A stretch of 64,000 nucleotides of DNA from Armatimonadota bacterium (GTDB lineage Bacteria > Armatimonadota > UBA5829). Below, piece by piece: positions 43,851-53,079 of the stretch (its first letter is position 1; every line of letters starts with the position of its first letter). The stretch is taken from NCBI GenBank assembly GCA_052035525.1, contig JBPOHN010000035.1, positions 7,135 to 71,134 on the forward strand, written 5' to 3'. Below the pieces are notes generated by a model that worked only from the letters and a program-made list of their open reading frames with translations, was not told the origin of the DNA and searched no databases. Made by a program: the position numbers and the translations under genes.

Positions 43851-46373
43851 ATGGCAAGCATACCTTACGATAGGAAAGACCTCTTCGCAAAGGGCAAGCA
43901 GCGAAGCTACACCGGCGATGCTCTGAAGGAGATCGCGTTTCCGCTCGGTGGAATCGGCACCGGAACCGTTTCTCTCGGCGGCAGAGGCCAGCTCCGCGAC
44001 TGGGAGATCTTCAACCGCCCGGCCAAGGGCCACATAATGCCGTACACGTTCCCCTCGATCTATCTAAAGCCCGAGGGCGGTGAGCCGATGGCGCGGGTTC
44101 TGGAAACGCAACTGAAGCCGCATTTCATCGAGGGCGGAGGAATGTCCCCGCATCGCGTATGCGGCCTGCCCAGGCTGAAGGACGCGACGTTCTACGGCGA
44201 GTATCCCTTCGCCCACATCGAGTTCAAGGACCCCAAGCTGCCGGTGAAGGTGGAAATGACCGCTTTCAACCCGATGATCCCGCTGAACGAAAAGGACTCC
44301 TCCATACCGACCGCGGTTTTGCGTTACAAGGTTACGAACCCCAGCCGCAAGAAGGCCGATGGGACTATCTGCTGGTCGCTGCACAATCCGGTTGGGGACT
44401 TCGAGGGCAGGCACAGCGAGTGGATCGACGAGCCAACCTTCCGGGGCGTCAAGTTCACCAACCCCAGCTTCCCGCCGGACACGATTCGCACCGGGTCGAT
44501 GGCGCTCGTGACCACTCACAAGGACGTCACCTGCATAAAGGCCTGGCCGGTTGCCGGATGGTGGGATGCCGCGCAGGCTTTCTGGGATGATTTCAAGTCC
44601 GATGGCAAGTTCGACGCCGCCGAGCCCGAGAAACCCTCCGATATCGCCAGCCTCGGCCTGCGGTTCTCTCTCGCGCCTGGCGAATCGGTCGAATTGCCCT
44701 TCATCATCACCTGGTACTTCCCGAACCGCGACAACTACTGGAACGGGGAAGAAGAGGTCAAGGGCGCGCGGCTGCGCAATCGCTACGCCGGATGGTGGGA
44801 TGATGCCTGGGAGGTCGCGGGCTACGTCGTGAAGAACCTGGACCGGCTGGAGAAGGAGTCCCGGCTCTTCTCCGATGCGCTCTACTCCAGCACTCTGCCG
44901 GCCGTCGCGCTGGATGCTGCAGGCGCGAACATGTCGATCATGCGCACCAATACCGGGCTGTTCCTCGACGATGACCGCTTCTACGCCTTTGAGGGCTGCA
45001 GCGACGGCGGCGGATGCTGCCCGATGAACTGCACGCACGTCTGGAACTACGAGCAGGCCCTGGCCCACCTCTACCCTCGCCTGGAGCGGACCATGCGCCT
45101 TACCGACTTCATGGCCAACGTTGAAGATGACGGCAAGATGGCGTTCCGCACCCTCGTCCCGATCGGCAAGCATCTGTGGAAGTTCCACGCCGCCGCTGAC
45201 GGGCAGATGGGCTGCATCCTCAAGTACTACCGGGAATACCTCATGAGCGGCGATATGGAGTTCCTGAAGGGAATCTACCCCGCCGCCAAGCGCTGTCTGA
45301 GCTTCGTCTGGCTCACCTGGGACAAGGACGAAGACGGCGTGATGGAAACGATCCAGCACAACACCTACGATATCGAGTTCCTCGGCGCTAACACGATGAT
45401 GGGCACGCTCTACCTTGGCGCGCTCAAAGCGATGGAAAAGATATCCGAAATCCTTGGGGAAACCCAATACGCAGCCAAGTGCCGGGAGATCTACGAAAAG
45501 GGCTCCAGGAACCAGTCAAAGAAGCTCTTCAACGGCGAGTTCTTCATCCAGGACGTAGATGTCGAGAATGCTCCGCGCTACCAGTTCGGCCCCGGCTGTC
45601 TCTCCGATCAGCTCCTGGGGCAGTGGTTCTGCGAGGTGGTCGATCTCGGCTACGTCCTGCCCGAGGACCAGGTCAAATCGGCCCTGAAGTCGATCTTCAA
45701 GTACAACTGGAAATCCGACCTCAGCGACCACGACAGCGTGCAGCGAACCTACGCGCTTAATGACGAGGCCGGGCTGCTGCTCTGCTCCTGGCCGAACGGA
45801 GGCCGCCCGAAGTATCCATTCACCTATGCGGACGAGGTCTGGACCGGCATCGAGTATCAGGTCGCCGCTCACCTTATCTATGAAGATATGCTCGACGAGG
45901 GCCTTGCGATAGTGAAGGGTGTCCGCGACCGCCACGACGGCATCGCGCGCAACCCGTGGAATGAGTTCGAGTGCGGGCACCACTACGCCCGCGCGATGGC
46001 GAGCTGGTCGCTCGTTCTGGCGCTCTCCGGCTTCCATTACAGCGCCCACGATCGGTTTATCGCGTTCGCGCCCAAAGTGGACGCAGACGACTTCAAGTGC
46101 TTCTACTCGACGGGCTCCGGCTGGGGAACGTATTCGCAGAAGATCACAGGCGACAGCCTCAGCGCGAAGATCGGCGTGGACTGGGGCGAGATCGACATCC
46201 AGCAAATCCGCCTTGCACTACCCAGGGGTATGAAGGCCGCCATAGCGACTCCATCAGGAGCGGCCAAAGGCTTCGGCGCCACCGTCCGCACCGAGGGCAG
46301 CGTCGCCTACGTCGCCTTTACCGAGCCCGTCAAGATTGATGTGGGGAAGGCGTTGGAGGTAGAGCTGGGATAA
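43851..46373 (+). CDS. GH116 family beta-glucosidase (GBA2-type, N-terminal domain plus DUF608 catalytic domain)
   Basis: IAFPLGGIGTGTVSLGGRGQLRDWEIFNRP is the GH116 N-terminal signature. ATG at 43851 follows GGAGGG. Confidence 0.8.
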   Translation: MASIPYDRKDLFAKGKQRSYTGDALKEIAFPLGGIGTGTVSLGGRGQLRDWEIFNRPAKGHIMPYTFPSIYLKPEGGEPMARVLETQLKPHFIEGGGMSPHRVCGLPRLKDATFYGEYPFAHIEFKDPKLPVKVEMTAFNPMIPLNEKDSSIPTAVLRYKVTNPSRKKADGTICWSLHNPVGDFEGRHSEWIDEPTFRGVKFTNPSFPPDTIRTGSMALVTTHKDVTCIKAWPVAGWWDAAQAFWDDFKSDGKFDAAEPEKPSDIASLGLRFSLAPGESVELPFIITWYFPNRDNYWNGEEEVKGARLRNRYAGWWDDAWEVAGYVVKNLDRLEKESRLFSDALYSSTLPAVALDAAGANMSIMRTNTGLFLDDDRFYAFEGCSDGGGCCPMNCTHVWNYEQALAHLYPRLERTMRLTDFMANVEDDGKMAFRTLVPIGKHLWKFHAAADGQMGCILKYYREYLMSGDMEFLKGIYPAAKRCLSFVWLTWDKDEDGVMETIQHNTYDIEFLGANTMMGTLYLGALKAMEKISEILGETQYAAKCREIYEKGSRNQSKKLFNGEFFIQDVDVENAPRYQFGPGCLSDQLLGQWFCEVVDLGYVLPEDQVKSALKSIFKYNWKSDLSDHDSVQRTYALNDEAGLLLCSWPNGGRPKYPFTYADEVWTGIEYQVAAHLIYEDMLDEGLAIVKGVRDRHDGIARNPWNEFECGHHYARAMASWSLVLALSGFHYSAHDRFIAFAPKVDADDFKCFYSTGSGWGTYSQKITGDSLSAKIGVDWGEIDIQQIRLALPRGMKAAIATPSGAAKGFGATVRTEGSVAYVAFTEPVKIDVGKALEVELG

Positions 46374-46382
46374 ATGCGAAAA

Positions 46383-46412
46383 GGCGGGCAGCTACTCACG
46401 CCACTGCCCGCC
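46383..46412 (-). terminator. Rho-independent terminator for the PEP-CTERM gene
   Basis: GGCGGGCAG-N12-CTGCCCGCC. On the minus strand it is followed by TTTTCGC. Confidence 0.55.
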
Positions 46413-46435
46413 TGCATAACTGGCCTAAGCTTGAG

Positions 46436-46879
46436 CTACGCCGTCCGCCTGCGTCTCAGCAGGAGGCCCAGCAGCCCTGCGCCGAGCACGGACATGGTCC
46501 CGGGCTCCGGGACGCTGGCCACTATATACGGGCCGAGACCGCTCTCGGCAGCATAGATGGAGCCGGAGGTGTCGCGCGATGCAGACACAACGAATGTCGA
46601 GTACGCACGCCCCGCAGCCAAGTCGGCCTGCACGCAGGACAGCACATCGAAGGACATGGGTCCCGCCGGGGTGTCGCCGTTATTGCTGTCGTAAATCCAG
46701 AACCCGCCCGGTAGGCTCCCGCTAGCCACCGGCCCCAAATCGTCCGCGACAACATCTCCGGTCGTGACTCGCGAACCGGTATCAAGCCATCCTATTGTGG
46801 CTGATCCGTAGAAGTACCAAGTCGAAAATCCGAGCGTATTCACCACCAGAGTCGCGCTGCGAACGTCTTTGCCCGCCAA
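46436..46879 (-). CDS. PEP-CTERM sorting-signal protein, apparently lacking a signal peptide (possible 5'-truncated gene)
   Basis: C-terminus VPEPGTMSVLGAGLLGLLLRRRRTA is PEP, a TM segment and a basic tail. An in-frame TAA lies 18 codons upstream of the TTG start, and the N-terminus has no hydrophobic leader. Confidence 0.55.
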   Translation of the reverse strand: MAGKDVRSATLVVNTLGFSTWYFYGSATIGWLDTGSRVTTGDVVADDLGPVASGSLPGGFWIYDSNNGDTPAGPMSFDVLSCVQADLAAGRAYSTFVVSASRDTSGSIYAAESGLGPYIVASVPEPGTMSVLGAGLLGLLLRRRRTA

Positions 46880-47188
46880 CGGAGCAATCGGGATCTCGAT
46901 TATGGGTACGATGTAGTCGTTTTACCAAGAAACCGGTAATTCCACCAGGGCGCTACGCGCGTCCCGCCAATCATTGCCGAGCGACTACCTCCCACGCGCC
47001 GACCTCCCTTTGTTGCGGATAAGCATCAATATCGCAGCACGTAGACGGAGGGGCACACTGCTGAGCGACGCTCTGTTGCAAGCAGACGCATATCGCGCGG
47101 TCCTGCAGCTAAGACTTCCGGCTGGGGCGGTGTGATGTGCGCCCCCGGCGCGGGTTTGCCGGCCGGGGGCAGGAACTCGCGGAAGCTA

Positions 47189-50100
47189 TCAGGGGTAGAC
47201 GTTGATCTGCGTCAACACCGTTACCAACTGCGGCGGAACCGCCAGCGGATCCCAGATGCCCAGGGCAGTAACGTGTTGACCTGCGCCCAGACCGTGGTTC
47301 GGGCAGTGAACCCTCACCGGATCCCTCGTTCCGTCGCTGAGATCGAAATTGTCGGTATCGACCGGCGTGACCGTTCCGAAGATCTTGAAGACATACTTCG
47401 TTCTGCAAGCCGCCACAAGATCGGAAAGCAAGCTGTTCGAGGTGACGGCAAATGCGCGCGCGGTAGTGTAGCTGGTGCTGGACGTGGTGCTGTTGCCTGC
47501 AGCATCGGCGGCTGTCACCTCCACCGTATGCACTCCCAACTCGCTGTCCGCTGTTACGGTGCCGGTCCAGACCTCATCATCGCCTTGGGTGAACATGATT
47601 CCAGGCGATGAGACGTTCGAAATGCCCACGTTGTCCAATGCGACAACGGCTATCTCTATCGGGAAGCCGGCGGCAGTCATGCCCGGCGTGGCAGTAATCG
47701 ACTCGATCACCGGCGGCGTCGTGTCGGTGGTCAGCGCACTTGCCATGTTGCTCCTGGCCGATTCGTTTCCGGCGGCATCGTAGGCCGACACCTCATAGAT
47801 GTACAACGTGCCCGAACTCAGCCCCGTATCCTGGAAGCTGTTGGTCGACGTGGAGTTCAGGAACGATCCGTCACGGTATATGTTGTACCCGGTGACTCCC
47901 ACGTCGTCGGTCGAGGCTTCCCAGCTCAGGTTTATCTGGCTGCTGCTCACCGCGGTAGCAAACAACCCGCCAGGCACGCTTGGGGCAGTGTAGTCGTAGA
48001 CGCTCTTATACAGGAACCGTACCGCATCGGCAACGAGCGTCTTACCTGCTACTGCCGTCCCGCTGTTCAGGATCACGTAGCCGCCAGTTCCGGACTTGAA
48101 CGGCTTGTTCGAGGCTATCAAGTTCCACGAGCCACCATTGATCGTCTGGTTGACCGGCGTTACCACCGATCCGCCGTCATACACGACCGTATACTTGGCG
48201 TCGGTCGGCCGGTCAGCCCCTATTGTCCAACAGGCAAATACGTCATAGTAGCCCGCCACTTCAATGCTCGGCGTCCATTTTGCCGATTTCGTATCCGTGA
48301 GCGTAGATGGCGTCCACGCGTAGTCTGACCCATAGCCGGAGCCCGTGACTACCGTCCAGGCGCCTACCTTCTCCGCCAGATTCTCGTCAATGACATACTG
48401 CGTCGTGAAGCCCGTCGTCACGCTAACAGCGTTGCTCTTTTCGGACTCGTTACCAAAGGCATCGACCGCCGAGACCTGGTAGGAATAGAGGGTCTTCGGC
48501 ATCAGTCCCATGTCCAGATAGCTTGTGGACGCCGTGGTTGCCACATATTCGTCGTCGCGGTATATCTTGTACCCGGTGACACCAAAATTGTCGGTCGAGG
48601 CGCTCCAGGTGAGGCTGACCCTATTCGTACCCACGGGCGCTCCGGAGAGATTGGCGGGAACCGTCGGCGGCTGGGTGTCGGAGCCGGGTTCAGCCACCAT
48701 GATGCTCTTGCTGATCGTCGGTCCAAACCAGGTGACCGATTCCCGCACCATTCGCCAGTCCGTGACATATACGCCGGGAGTCGTGGGCGCTGTCAGGGTG
48801 ATATCGAAAGTGACAGTCTGCGTCGCCTCGATATCTCCCGCTACGGTGAACCTCGTCTGGGTAGTGAACGGATCCGAGTCACCAACCGCTCCAAGCCTGA
48901 ACTGATGGTTCTCGTTCCACAGCACGCCCGTATTGCGCAGCGTGATGTGCGCGGTGTACTCCTGACCGGGAGCGAGCACGGTCGGGAAATCGGTGCTTAC
49001 CACGGTGTAGGAGTAGAAGTCATACGAAGGATTCACGCCGAAGTAATCGCAGATGCCCTTATACACGGCCCACATCGCGCCGCTGCGGAAGAATGGGTCC
49101 TGCAAGTACAGACCGTCCCTGTCGCACGAGTCGTGGAATGCAAGCTCGATCAGGATCGCCGGCCGGTCAGGTACCCTGGTCTCGGCAAAGCCTCCGGCAG
49201 CATTCTTGATGCCGCGGTTTTGCCAGGTCGGGTCAGCGTACTTGTTCCTGATAAAATCCATCAGGCCGTTCTGCACCTTGTTTGCGAGGTTCTGGCTGAT
49301 CGCTCCCCACGGGGCGTGCTCTCCAACGTCATCGTAGAACGTCTCCGTTCCATTAGGACAGCTCATCCCGAGACAGTCGCCGCTCAGGGCATTCGTGTGG
49401 AAGGAAACGTGGATGTCCGTATTGTCGTAGTCTGCGGCCAGCGGCCTGGACCGGATGTTGTCATTGACCTCACTGGAACCGCTGCCGAGGGTGCAACTCC
49501 CGGTGCTCGGCGCATAGACCGAACACGGATAACCGATTTCCTTGAGCCAGTATGACGCCGACATCTGCCACCACGGCGTGCCGGTAGGATAATTGCCGTA
49601 GTCCTTGTCCAGGCACCTGTAGACTTTCGTGATGGCGCCATCCTGGACCAGGAACGTGTTCAGGTATCTCGTGATCTCGTTGTTGTGCAGGTCTTCGCGC
49701 AGCAGGGGAAGGCATGTATCCGGGCGCTCCCAGGACCAGCCGGTGCCGTTCCAGAACAGACCGTGCCCCGGCGATAGCGATATCTTGCGGCCCGCCAGTC
49801 CGGCGGAAGTGGCGATCGGCCCTCTGTCGGCGTTCGCCTCGGGTCCAGGCTCGATTACCGGAAGCGGCGGAAGGAAACTGTAGAGCGGCATCCCGCTCGT
49901 TGTGATCTTTATGGTGCCAGGCAGAGAGAACTGCCAGAGCGTCTTCCGGACCTGCTCGGAGATCGACTGCAGACGCGCCTCGTCGAGCCCGCCGGCCAGA
50001 ATAGCCTGTGAAAAGTCCACGATCACTTCTTCTGGTTCAACGGTCACTGATGCCACTTGAGTGCCCGCGGGAATCGCGGACGTGTATCCCGGCGGAGGTG

Positions 50101-50272
50101 AAGCAAGCGCGGCGATCACTTCGCTCAGTCCGTTGGCCTCAGGAACATTCACGACTGTCGGGCCGCCATTGGGGCCGTAGTAGCAAACCAGCCCGGCGAA
50201 AACCGGCAGGGCGGAAAGGAACAGCAGAATCGTCAGAGGAAAAAGAAGTCTGAGAGCACGCGAGCAAACCAT
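47189..50272 (-). CDS. Secreted multidomain cell-wall amidase: GerMN-like, Amidase_3, NBR1-like Ig, FN3, golvesin-like, FN3, Ig-like
   Basis: Signal peptide present. GerMN-like AIPAGTQVASVTVEPEEVIVDFSQ. Amidase_3 blocks LSPGHG, HVSFHTNA, ILIELAFHD. Two FN3 units (LTWSASTD..GYKIYRD and LSWEASTD..GYNIYRD). Golvesin-like segment ending LVADAVRFLY. Confidence 0.75.
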   Translation of the reverse strand: MVCSRALRLLFPLTILLFLSALPVFAGLVCYYGPNGGPTVVNVPEANGLSEVIAALASPPPGYTSAIPAGTQVASVTVEPEEVIVDFSQAILAGGLDEARLQSISEQVRKTLWQFSLPGTIKITTSGMPLYSFLPPLPVIEPGPEANADRGPIATSAGLAGRKISLSPGHGLFWNGTGWSWERPDTCLPLLREDLHNNEITRYLNTFLVQDGAITKVYRCLDKDYGNYPTGTPWWQMSASYWLKEIGYPCSVYAPSTGSCTLGSGSSEVNDNIRSRPLAADYDNTDIHVSFHTNALSGDCLGMSCPNGTETFYDDVGEHAPWGAISQNLANKVQNGLMDFIRNKYADPTWQNRGIKNAAGGFAETRVPDRPAILIELAFHDSCDRDGLYLQDPFFRSGAMWAVYKGICDYFGVNPSYDFYSYTVVSTDFPTVLAPGQEYTAHITLRNTGVLWNENHQFRLGAVGDSDPFTTQTRFTVAGDIEATQTVTFDITLTAPTTPGVYVTDWRMVRESVTWFGPTISKSIMVAEPGSDTQPPTVPANLSGAPVGTNRVSLTWSASTDNFGVTGYKIYRDDEYVATTASTSYLDMGLMPKTLYSYQVSAVDAFGNESEKSNAVSVTTGFTTQYVIDENLAEKVGAWTVVTGSGYGSDYAWTPSTLTDTKSAKWTPSIEVAGYYDVFACWTIGADRPTDAKYTVVYDGGSVVTPVNQTINGGSWNLIASNKPFKSGTGGYVILNSGTAVAGKTLVADAVRFLYKSVYDYTAPSVPGGLFATAVSSSQINLSWEASTDDVGVTGYNIYRDGSFLNSTSTNSFQDTGLSSGTLYIYEVSAYDAAGNESARSNMASALTTDTTPPVIESITATPGMTAAGFPIEIAVVALDNVGISNVSSPGIMFTQGDDEVWTGTVTADSELGVHTVEVTAADAAGNSTTSSTSYTTARAFAVTSNSLLSDLVAACRTKYVFKIFGTVTPVDTDNFDLSDGTRDPVRVHCPNHGLGAGQHVTALGIWDPLAVPPQLVTVLTQINVYP

Positions 50273-50494
50273 AGTAACCCCCCTCGTTCCCAGTGTTCAC
50301 GGCGGCGGTTGAGTCACTGCCTACCAGCCTGAATGTAGCATGCGAATATCCAGTAGTCAAGACAATTTTCTCCGCTCACCGTCGAATCGTTACTGGACTT
50401 ACCTGATGATCGGCGAAGTATCCATCTTGTGCGAATCTCCTGCCGGGTGCGCTGGTCACGCTGTCGCCGCCCGTGGTAGACTAGAGAACAGCGG

Positions 50495-51751
50495 GTGCTC
50501 TTTCCAATGCCTTATTACCGGCGCAACGTCTACATATTGTCCGTCACGGTGTTCCTTGCCTCGCTTAGCTGGCAGCAGGTAATGCCATTCCTGTCCGACT
50601 ACCTAAAGGAGTTGGGCGCGGCTCCGGGCAAGCAGCTCTTCTTCTGGACGAGCATCGTTTTCGCTGTGCAGTCCCTCGCGGCGATTATCATGCAGCCCTT
50701 GTGGGGCAAGATGGGAGACACCCACGGCCGCAAACCGATGATCATCCGCGCCGGCCTCTGCCTCGCGGGCGTTTACTACGCAATGGCATTATGCCACACC
50801 CCGTTCCAACTCGCCATCTGCAGGTTCTTGAACGGCGCCTTGACCGGGTTCATCCCCGGCTCCTTCGCTCTGATCGCAACGAACACCCCCGAGGATGAGG
50901 CCCCCAAGTCCATGGCCACCGTGCAGGCAGTCTCCAACGTAGGCCTTATCATCGGCCCGATAGTGGGCACCATACTGGCGAGTCTGCTCAACTATCGCGG
51001 TTCCATGGTCGTGTCAGGCACCGCTGTGTTGCTATCGACCTTAGTGGTATGGTGGCTCGTTCAGGAGCCGAACAAGGTTGCGCTCGTTGAGAAGACCAGC
51101 TTGATCGAGGACTTTGGCATAGCGTTCCGATCCAGAGTCCAGATGGCGGTGCTGTTTGCCGTGATGCTCTCTTGGGCGTATGGCACTGCGATCACCCCAT
51201 ATCTGATCGGCCATCTGAAATCGCTCGGCGGCGAAGTCCCGCGCTGGCTCGCAACAACGCTCTCCAGCCTGCACATGGACCTCTCCGGCGCGATCTTTTC
51301 CCTGCCTGCGTTGGCCTTCGTGATCTCTGCAAGGGCCTGGACGGCTGTGGGCGCGAGGCGAGGCTACAACTGGACGATCGTGCTGGGTCTGGCCGGCGGA
51401 GGCATCGGTGCTCTGATCCTCTTCTTCGTCCACGACATCTGGCTTTTTGGCGCGATCTACTTCCTTACCGGCCTATCTATGTCCACCCTTGGCCCATCCA
51501 TCGCCGCTGTCACCTGCACGAAGGTCGATGAGTCTTTCAGGGGCCGGGCCTACGGCATTCAGCAGTCCGTCGGGACACTTGGCTCCCTGATGTCTCCGCT
51601 TATCGCAGGCGCGGTCGGCAGCGCGTGGGGACGGCCGGCGATATTCATCTTCGTCGGCACGATGTTCCTGAGTGGCTCGTTCATCTTCCGTGGCCTCAGC
51701 CGCAACTGGAAGTCGGAAGCGCCCGCGACTTTACCTGAAGAGCCGCTATAG
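50495..51751 (+). CDS. MFS transporter
   Basis: About 12 TM segments. Loop motif GKMGDTHGRKPMI between TM2 and TM3. The start may be the ATG at 50507. Confidence 0.8.
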   Translation: MLFPMPYYRRNVYILSVTVFLASLSWQQVMPFLSDYLKELGAAPGKQLFFWTSIVFAVQSLAAIIMQPLWGKMGDTHGRKPMIIRAGLCLAGVYYAMALCHTPFQLAICRFLNGALTGFIPGSFALIATNTPEDEAPKSMATVQAVSNVGLIIGPIVGTILASLLNYRGSMVVSGTAVLLSTLVVWWLVQEPNKVALVEKTSLIEDFGIAFRSRVQMAVLFAVMLSWAYGTAITPYLIGHLKSLGGEVPRWLATTLSSLHMDLSGAIFSLPALAFVISARAWTAVGARRGYNWTIVLGLAGGGIGALILFFVHDIWLFGAIYFLTGLSMSTLGPSIAAVTCTKVDESFRGRAYGIQQSVGTLGSLMSPLIAGAVGSAWGRPAIFIFVGTMFLSGSFIFRGLSRNWKSEAPATLPEEPL

Positions 51752-51829
51752 GCTATAGTAATGAACACAGACGCCGCCTGTCCGCTGACGGGGCGGGACA
51801 GCGCGCGGTTCGGTAAGGAGAAGCACCCA

Positions 51830-53077
51830 ATGACTACCAACGCAGACGCTATCACGGTACAGGATCGTGTTCGCAAGGCAGTACGCGAAGCGAGGATCTT
51901 CGACATACACACGCACCTCTACTCCAAGGGCTTCGGCGGTCTGCTCTTGCGCGGCATTGACGAGCTTCTTACCTACCACTACCTCGTCGCCGAAACAGTG
52001 CGGTGGGGCGTGATCGGAGCCGATGCGTTCTACGCGCTCCCCAAACGCGAGCAGGCTGATCTGGTGTGGAAGACGCTCTTCCTCGATCACTCGCCCGTCA
52101 GCGAGGCCTGCCGTGGAGTGCTTACGGTTCTGGAGCGGTTTGGTCTGGGCGTGGCGTCGCGGGACCTCGCCTCATACCGTGAGTTCTTCGAGTCTATGTC
52201 TGTCGATGAGCATACGGATCGCGTGTTCGAGTTGGCCGGCGTTGATTCGGTTGTGATGACCAACGGCCCATTCGACGACCAGGAACACTCGCTGTGGCTG
52301 AAAGGCGTCGATCGGGACCCGAGGTTCAAGGCGGCTCTGAGGGTGGACCCGCTGCTCAATAACTGGGAGCAGACGAACGAGACTCTGCGCTGCTGGGGCT
52401 ATGATGTCAGCGATTACCTGGATCACAAAGCCACCTCCGAGGTCAGGCGCTTCCTCCACGAGTGGATCGACCGAACGCAGGCCCTGTATCTGGCCGTCTC
52501 TCTCTCGCCCGATTTCCAATTCCCTGACAGCAGTTTCCGCACGATATTGACTTCCGAATGCCTGCTTCCGGTGGCTGAGGAAAGGGGTGTGCCATTCGCG
52601 CTGATGATAGGGGTCAAGCGGCAGGTGAATCCGGCGCTCAGGCTGGCCGGAGATTCAGTCGGCAAAGCGGATATCACATCAGTGGAGCATCTCTGCGCGA
52701 ACTACCCTAACAACAAGTTCATGGTGACCATGCTGTCACGCGAAAACCAGCACGAGCTGGCCGTAGCCGCCCGGAAGTTCCCAAATCTGATGGTCTTCGG
52801 GTGCTGGTGGTTCCTGAATACACCCACTCTGATAGAGGAAATCACGCGCATGAGGCTGGATCTGCTGGGACCGGGCATGATCCCGCAGCACTCCGACTGC
52901 CGCGTGCTCGATCAGCTTCTCTACAAGTGGGAGCACTCCAGGGAACTCATCGGCGAAGCTCTGGCGAGGCAATACGCCAACCTGGCGGCAACAGGATGGA
53001 ACGTGACCGATGAGGAGATCCGCCGCGACGTCGAGGGCCTGTTCGGCGGCAACTTCACGGATTTCCTGAGGCGATAG
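51830..53077 (+). CDS. Glucuronate isomerase-family (UxaC-like) amidohydrolase-fold protein
   Basis: IFDIHTHL, LLTYHYL and FGCWWFLN blocks resemble UxaC. ATG at 51830 follows AAGGAG. Confidence 0.6.
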   Translation: MTTNADAITVQDRVRKAVREARIFDIHTHLYSKGFGGLLLRGIDELLTYHYLVAETVRWGVIGADAFYALPKREQADLVWKTLFLDHSPVSEACRGVLTVLERFGLGVASRDLASYREFFESMSVDEHTDRVFELAGVDSVVMTNGPFDDQEHSLWLKGVDRDPRFKAALRVDPLLNNWEQTNETLRCWGYDVSDYLDHKATSEVRRFLHEWIDRTQALYLAVSLSPDFQFPDSSFRTILTSECLLPVAEERGVPFALMIGVKRQVNPALRLAGDSVGKADITSVEHLCANYPNNKFMVTMLSRENQHELAVAARKFPNLMVFGCWWFLNTPTLIEEITRMRLDLLGPGMIPQHSDCRVLDQLLYKWEHSRELIGEALARQYANLAATGWNVTDEEIRRDVEGLFGGNFTDFLRR

Positions 53078-53079
53078 CG

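Noticed and set aside
44064-45467. 467-aa minus-strand ORF inside the GH116 gene
   Set aside because: Antisense to a gene with strong family motifs. Its composition (R, G, V, A, E) is typical of GC-rich antisense frames.
47700-48700. Two similar FN3 segments in the large amidase as a possible DGR template/variable repeat pair
   Set aside because: The two copies differ throughout, not only at adenine positions. Both are in-frame protein domains and no reverse transcriptase gene is present. This is ordinary domain duplication.
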